Origin: Candidatus Multivoradales bacterium
Lineage (GTDB): Bacteria; Acidobacteriota; Thermoanaerobaculia; Multivoradales; JAHEKO01
Reading direction: 5' to 3'
DNA: 64,000 nt
Assembly (NCBI GenBank): GCA_965248055.1
Contig: CBDFIJ010000004.1
Coordinates: forward strand, 1,856,001 to 1,920,000
A model generated the notes under the pieces. It ran no database searches and was not told the DNA's origin. It saw only the letters and a list, made by a program, of their open reading frames with translations. The position numbers and the translations under genes are program-made. This document shows, piece by piece, positions 59,110-64,000 of this stretch; the first letter of the stretch is position 1; the number at the start of each line of letters is the position of its first letter.

Positions 59110-60078
59110 ATGAACAGAATTCTTGTCACCGGAGCGTTGGGCCAAATCGGTACCGAGCTGGTGCTCGCGCTACGGGAGCGCTTTGGCACGGATCACGTGG
59201 TTTGTTCCGATATCCGCTCTCCGCAACCGGGAAGCCCGCATTTGTCAGGACCGTTTGAACACCTCGATTGCACCCGGCGAGGGCAGATTCACGGGGTCGT
59301 GGATCGCCACAGAATCGACACCATCTACCACCTGGCGGCTCTGCTTTCGGCGGTGGCTGAGGAGAAACCACAGTCTGCCTGGGAGCTCAACATTGGCGGA
59401 CTATACTCGGTTTTGGAGGTCGCTCGCGAGAGTGGTTGTTCGGTGTTTGTGCCCAGCTCGATTGGCGCTTTTGGTCCCGGCACGCCGAAGGAACAAACGC
59501 CACAGGAAACCACTCAGCGGCCAACGACGATGTACGGGGTTACCAAGGTCGCTGGCGAGTTGTTGTGCGACTACTACCATCGACGCTTTGAGGTTGACAC
59601 TCGCGGGGTCCGCTATCCAGGGATCATTTCCTGGACCGCGCCACCGGGAGGCGGAACCACCGATTACGCGGTCGATATCTTCTACCAGGCTCTTCGCTAC
59701 CAGCACTACACTTGTTTCCTGAAACCACAGACTCGCTTGGACATGATGTACATGCCGGACGCGATTCAAGCCGCGATCGGAGTGATGGAGGCCGATCCCA
59801 GAAAATTGGTTCACCGCAACGCCTTCAACGTCACAGCCATGCAGTTCACCCCGGAGGAGCTTGCGGCAGCGATTCGAGAGCACCTGCCCAAGTTTCGGAT
59901 TGACTACCAAGTCGACCCGGTCCGCCAAGCGATCGCCGACTCGTGGCCCGACTCTTTGGACGACAGTGCCGCGCGTAGCGAGTGGGGGTGGGCTCCGTCT
60001 TTTGACTTAGCAACCATGACCGCTGAGATGTTGGAAAACCTAGAAGGCAAACTCGCATTGGGCCAAGGGCCCGCCTGA
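59110..60078 (+). CDS. tdh: L-threonine 3-dehydrogenase (SDR/epimerase type)
   Basis: TGALGQIG, YHLAALLSA, YGVTK, PGGGTTDYAV, RQAIADSWP; adjacent to kbl. Confidence 0.9.
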   Translation: MNRILVTGALGQIGTELVLALRERFGTDHVVCSDIRSPQPGSPHLSGPFEHLDCTRRGQIHGVVDRHRIDTIYHLAALLSAVAEEKPQSAWELNIGGLYSVLEVARESGCSVFVPSSIGAFGPGTPKEQTPQETTQRPTTMYGVTKVAGELLCDYYHRRFEVDTRGVRYPGIISWTAPPGGGTTDYAVDIFYQALRYQHYTCFLKPQTRLDMMYMPDAIQAAIGVMEADPRKLVHRNAFNVTAMQFTPEELAAAIREHLPKFRIDYQVDPVRQAIADSWPDSLDDSAARSEWGWAPSFDLATMTAEMLENLEGKLALGQGPA

Positions 60079-60097
60079 GGCCAAGGGGACTTAAGTC

Positions 60098-61315
60098 TTG
60101 CCGCAAGATCAACTCAACCAGGTTCTCAAGAAACAGGTCGAAGGGCTGGAACAAGCGGGGACCGCCAAAGGGGCGGAGTCGGTGATCACCCAGGTGATCC
60201 CACCAACCTCAAACCACGGACCGCGTTACCAGTTGGAAGGGCAAGGGGCTCGCCCGTTTCTCAAGATGAACTCCAACAACTACCTGGGTATGGCCCTGCA
60301 CCCGAAGGTGATCGCCGCAGAAGAGCGGGCCACGGCGGAGTTTGGCGTCGGCCCTGGAGCGGTGCGCTTCATCAGCGGCAGCCATCGCCAGCACATCGAA
60401 CTGGAAGAACGGTTGGCTGCCTTTCATCAGCGACAAGCGGCGATGATCTTCAGTTCGGCCTACGCCACCACTATCGGCGTACTGGTGCCGTTGACCACGC
60501 CCGAAACCACCATCATTAGCGATGCCTTAAACCACAATTGCATCATCAATGCGATGCGCTTGTCGCGACCACAAGAAAAGAAAATCTATCCCCACTTGGA
60601 TATCGGCGCACTCGAAGCCGCCCTGGAGTCTGGGTCCGGGAAGCGCGCGCTGATCGTCACCGATGGGATTTTCTCCATGCGCGGATCTTCGGCACCCTTG
60701 GCCGAGATCATGACGCTGGCTGAGCGCCACGATCATCGCTATCCAGAGAACGCTTTTGTCATCGTCGACGACTCGCACGGAGTCGGCGCCTTTGGAGCAA
60801 GCGGTCGCGGCACCGAAGAACACGAAGGCCACCAAGCGGACGCCTTGGTCGGCACCTTGGGCAAAGCACTTGGGGTCAACGGCGGCTACCTGGTCGGCAG
60901 CAAAGAACTCGTCCGCTTTCTGCGCGAATCTGCACCGACCTACATCTACTCCAACCCGATCACTGCCGGGGAGGCTGCCGCTGCGAGTAAAGCACTGGAG
61001 ATCCTCGACAGCCCAGAAGGTCTACAGTTACTGCGACACTTACGCGCCATGACAGAACGTTTCGCCAATGGGTTAACTAACCTTGGGTTTGAAACTATTC
61101 CGGGAAGCCACCCGGTCACCCCGCTGATGGTGCGTGAGACCCAACGCACCACCGCCTTAGTCCAACATCTCTACGATCATGGCATCCTGGCTACCGGCCT
61201 GAACTTCCCGGTAGTGCCGAAAGGGGACCAAAGCATTCGTTTCCAGATTTCCGCCGAACACACCACCGCGGACATCGACGAAGTGCTGGCCGTTTTAGGT
61301 TCGTTTCCGGAGTGA
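60098..61315 (+). CDS. kbl: Glycine C-acetyltransferase (2-amino-3-ketobutyrate CoA ligase)
   Basis: SNNYLG, AVRFISG, SDALNH, DDSHG, GTLGKA, FPVVPKG. Confidence 0.88.
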   Translation: MPQDQLNQVLKKQVEGLEQAGTAKGAESVITQVIPPTSNHGPRYQLEGQGARPFLKMNSNNYLGMALHPKVIAAEERATAEFGVGPGAVRFISGSHRQHIELEERLAAFHQRQAAMIFSSAYATTIGVLVPLTTPETTIISDALNHNCIINAMRLSRPQEKKIYPHLDIGALEAALESGSGKRALIVTDGIFSMRGSSAPLAEIMTLAERHDHRYPENAFVIVDDSHGVGAFGASGRGTEEHEGHQADALVGTLGKALGVNGGYLVGSKELVRFLRESAPTYIYSNPITAGEAAAASKALEILDSPEGLQLLRHLRAMTERFANGLTNLGFETIPGSHPVTPLMVRETQRTTALVQHLYDHGILATGLNFPVVPKGDQSIRFQISAEHTTADIDEVLAVLGSFPE

Positions 61316-61322
61316 TTCCAAG

Positions 61323-62840
61323 CTAGCCCGCTGCGCCAAACTCGGCTGGGAAGTACTTGATCGCGCTCTGCAGCGGAAAGAAGGCGGCTTGGCCCAGGCC
61401 ACAGATCGAGGCCTCTCCCATGCCCCACATCACGTCATCTAGGTGGCTCAAGACCGACGGATCGCGTTGATCTTGGTAGCGCTCTAGAGTTTGCCGCAGG
61501 ATCTGGGTGCCGATACGACAAGGGGCGCATTGACCGCAGGATTCGTCTTCAAAAAAGACCGCTTGAATCAAAGCTGCTTCGACCATATCCACAGTGTCGT
61601 TCAAGACCACGATCCCGGCTGAACCCAGCATCGAACCGGCTTCACCGAGATGTTTGAAGTCCAAGGGTAGATCGACTTGATCTGCCGGTAGGAAGCCACT
61701 CGACGCGCCCCCCGGCGAGAACGCCTTGAGGGTTCCAACCACGCCACCGGCAGCCGGGAGCAACTCGGCAAGGGATACTCCAAGGGGTGCCTCGTAAACC
61801 CCCGGCCGAGCGACGTGGCCCGACAAACAATAGAGCTTGGTGCCCCCTTGACCGCGTCCTAAATCGCGAAACCACTCGCCGCCACGACGCAAGATTCCGG
61901 GAAGGCAAGCAATGGTCTCGACGTTCTGCACCAAGGTTGGCTTGCCGCGAAATCCTAGTTCGACCGGGTAGGGAGGACGCAGTCGCGGCATCCCACGACG
62001 ACCTTCTAACGCCTCGATCAGCGCGGTCTCTTCACCGCAGATATACGCCCCGTGCCCATCGACGAAGTGCCAGGTCAGACTGTCGCTGAGATCCGCTCGC
62101 TCTCGGGCTCGATTCAGGGCATTTTCCAGAGCTTCCCTGACATGGCCAAACTCGCCCCGCACGTAGCAGTAGATCTCGTGCGCGCCGAGCGTTTCGGCGG
62201 CGATCGCCAGTCCTTCAATCACCAGCTGCGGGCGCCGCAGAATAACCTCGCGATCTTTGAAGGTTCCCGGCTCGCCCTCGTCGGCGTTTAATACCACGTA
62301 GCGTTCAGTCTCTGCTTGTCCTTGTAGAGTGCGCCACTTGAAGTGAGTCGGGAACCCAGCTCCGCCACGACCCACTAGCCCCGATTGTTCGAGCTGTTCC
62401 AGCACCCAATCAAAACCCTCTTCGCGGGCTCTCGCTAGACCTCGATATTCAGACTCGTCGTCTGCCTCGAGATCCAAAGCCAAACCCTCGCCGAGAGTCG
62501 CCACGTGTCCGGTTCCGGTGGCAGGATTGTTGGGATCCCACACTGCGGGTGGTTGGTCGCAACGACCGAGACAGGACACCATGCCGACCCTGGACCCGTT
62601 TGCTTCTAGCTCCTCTCTGCGGACCGAGCAATCAGCGAGTTGACAGGAAAGACCCTGACAAACCCGTAGGTCGTAGTCTGGATTCGCCAGCAGGTGATAG
62701 AAACTGGCGGTACCAAAAACTTCCGCTTCTGGGGTCCCGGTGCTTTGATGGACCTGTTTGGAAACTCCAGGGCGTAAACCTCCGGCGTGCTCCAATTCGT
62801 GGAGCACAGATTCACGTTGAGGTTTACGCGGCGACATCAA
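61323..62840 (-). CDS. NuoE/NuoF-like fused flavoprotein (NAD-binding diaphorase; probable FDH beta subunit)
   Basis: CQGLSC..CLGRC [2Fe-2S]; GRGGAGFP, NADEGEPGTFKDR, YICGEETAL, ESCGQCAPCR, SICGLG. Confidence 0.88.
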   Translation of the reverse strand: MMSPRKPQRESVLHELEHAGGLRPGVSKQVHQSTGTPEAEVFGTASFYHLLANPDYDLRVCQGLSCQLADCSVRREELEANGSRVGMVSCLGRCDQPPAVWDPNNPATGTGHVATLGEGLALDLEADDESEYRGLARAREEGFDWVLEQLEQSGLVGRGGAGFPTHFKWRTLQGQAETERYVVLNADEGEPGTFKDREVILRRPQLVIEGLAIAAETLGAHEIYCYVRGEFGHVREALENALNRARERADLSDSLTWHFVDGHGAYICGEETALIEALEGRRGMPRLRPPYPVELGFRGKPTLVQNVETIACLPGILRRGGEWFRDLGRGQGGTKLYCLSGHVARPGVYEAPLGVSLAELLPAAGGVVGTLKAFSPGGASSGFLPADQVDLPLDFKHLGEAGSMLGSAGIVVLNDTVDMVEAALIQAVFFEDESCGQCAPCRIGTQILRQTLERYQDQRDPSVLSHLDDVMWGMGEASICGLGQAAFFPLQSAIKYFPAEFGAAG

Positions 62841-62846
62841 GCTAGT

Positions 62847-63572
62847 CTAGCCGCTGTTGGGTTTCTGCTCTGAATCCTTTTTGTTCTGCCGATCAACGCT
62901 CTGATAGACCAAGTCCATATCGCACCCCTGCGGCGGAAGCTCCTTCAGCAGGTGACACCGGCCAGCTTGAACCACAAGCACCCGATCAAAGAAATTCGAA
63001 AGAGGTTGCAGTTGATGCGAAATCAAGACAATGGCCGCACCCGCTGCTCGTCGATCAACGATCCATTGAACGACCTGAGAACGAAACTCTCGATCGATGC
63101 CGTCAAACGGTTCATCCAGGATCAACTGCTGTGGCTGCCCGATCCAAGCCGCTGCGAGCAAGGCGCGGCGACGTTGCCCCTTCGACAGCTCGCGTACCGT
63201 TTCACTTGCTTGAGCTTCCAGCCCTGACCAGGACAACGCGTCGGCGACCGACTGGGGCCGCTGATTTCGCAATCCAGCGACCAGCATCAGAACAGTTCGA
63301 ATCGAAGCATAGGGACTTAGGTCGGGAGATTCCGGTACATAAGCAAGGCGGTTACGTGCCGCCACCTCATCAACCCACGGATCATGACCTCCAATCAGCA
63401 CCGTCCCCGCTAGCGGTTTGGCGACTCCGGCCATGAGTCGAGCGAGCGTGCTCTTGCCACCACCGTTGGGACCGACAACCAGCGTCAAGCCTAGGCCAAG
63501 GTCGATACTGGCATCTTGAATCACCGGGTGTTCGGGTCGGTAGCAGTAAGACACTTTGTCCAGGCGAATCAT
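62847..63572 (-). CDS. ABC transporter ATP-binding protein
   Basis: GPNGGGKST, LSKGQ, LILDEPF. Confidence 0.9.
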   Translation of the reverse strand: MIRLDKVSYCYRPEHPVIQDASIDLGLGLTLVVGPNGGGKSTLARLMAGVAKPLAGTVLIGGHDPWVDEVAARNRLAYVPESPDLSPYASIRTVLMLVAGLRNQRPQSVADALSWSGLEAQASETVRELSKGQRRRALLAAAWIGQPQQLILDEPFDGIDREFRSQVVQWIVDRRAAGAAIVLISHQLQPLSNFFDRVLVVQAGRCHLLKELPPQGCDMDLVYQSVDRQNKKDSEQKPNSG

Positions 63573-64000
63573 GAGGTTCCCGACATGGTCCCGTCGGCCA
63601 TAGGAACATAAGTCAGCTCGTCCCATCGCCCTACTCGAACTTGTCGTTCTGCGGTCGCCGCAAGAGAAACCGCCATCGGAAGGGCGAACATCAAGCCAAC
63701 CGTCACCCAAGGAACCAAGGCGACCACCATCGACAGAACAAAGCCCTCACCAAGCAAAGAAATACCAGGAGAGCTGAGCGCGGTGATTGGGCGTCTCACA
63801 GCAGTGGCACCTCTCACTGCTACGAACGGTATCGCCGCGAACACGATCGGCAAGGCGCTTGCTCTGGCTATCGCGCAAACCAAGACTCCCGGCAACGCTG
63901 AAACGGCCAACAAGCTAGCGTCAAGAACAACCAAGGTTGCAGCTGAACGCGGCAGGGAACGACTCCACTCCCATGTTGGGCGTCGCCTGGCCAGTAGATC
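63569..64000 (-). CDS. Probable ABC-2-type permease, 3' part (5' end outside window)
   Basis: Hydrophobic open frame whose stop overlaps the ATPase start. Confidence 0.55.
   Translation of the reverse strand, partial: DLLARRRPTWEWSRSLPRSAATLVVLDASLLAVSALPGVLVCAIARASALPIVFAAIPFVAVRGATAVRRPITALSSPGISLLGEGFVLSMVVALVPWVTVGLMFALPMAVSLAATAERQVRVGRWDELTYVPMADGTMSGTS

Noticed and set aside
1-64000. Numerous 60-240 aa ORFs overlapping or antisense to assigned genes
   Set aside because: Shadow ORFs expected in GC-rich coding DNA; no motifs or independent translation signals

Overview
Moderately GC-rich bacterial chromosomal window with about 60 CDS. The gene content resembles uncultured Acidobacteriota/Thermoanaerobaculia-like genomes, but this is a low-confidence inference. 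Housekeeping genes include typA, purF-purM-purN, crcB, ppk2, wzm/wzt, tdh-kbl, an Fpg/Nei glycosylase and M1/M4/M49 peptidases. I recognised no rRNA, tRNA or CRISPR array. The most interesting feature is a MerR-controlled heavy-metal operon (45787-48279) with no merA, merP or P-type ATPase. It ends in a membrane-anchored thioredoxin-like protein with an in-frame TGA forming a UxxC motif, followed by a SECIS-like hairpin. That hairpin has the same GGUCU loop and nearly the same spacing as the one in the selenocysteine formate dehydrogenase in this window. Other observations: a dispersed REP-like palindrome family (GGGGACAC...GTGTCCCC), an AT-rich islet with a 9-codon micro-ORF/sRNA unit, two loci with secreted Cys-rich peptides, IS3-family debris, and two frameshifted genes that may be sequencing indels.
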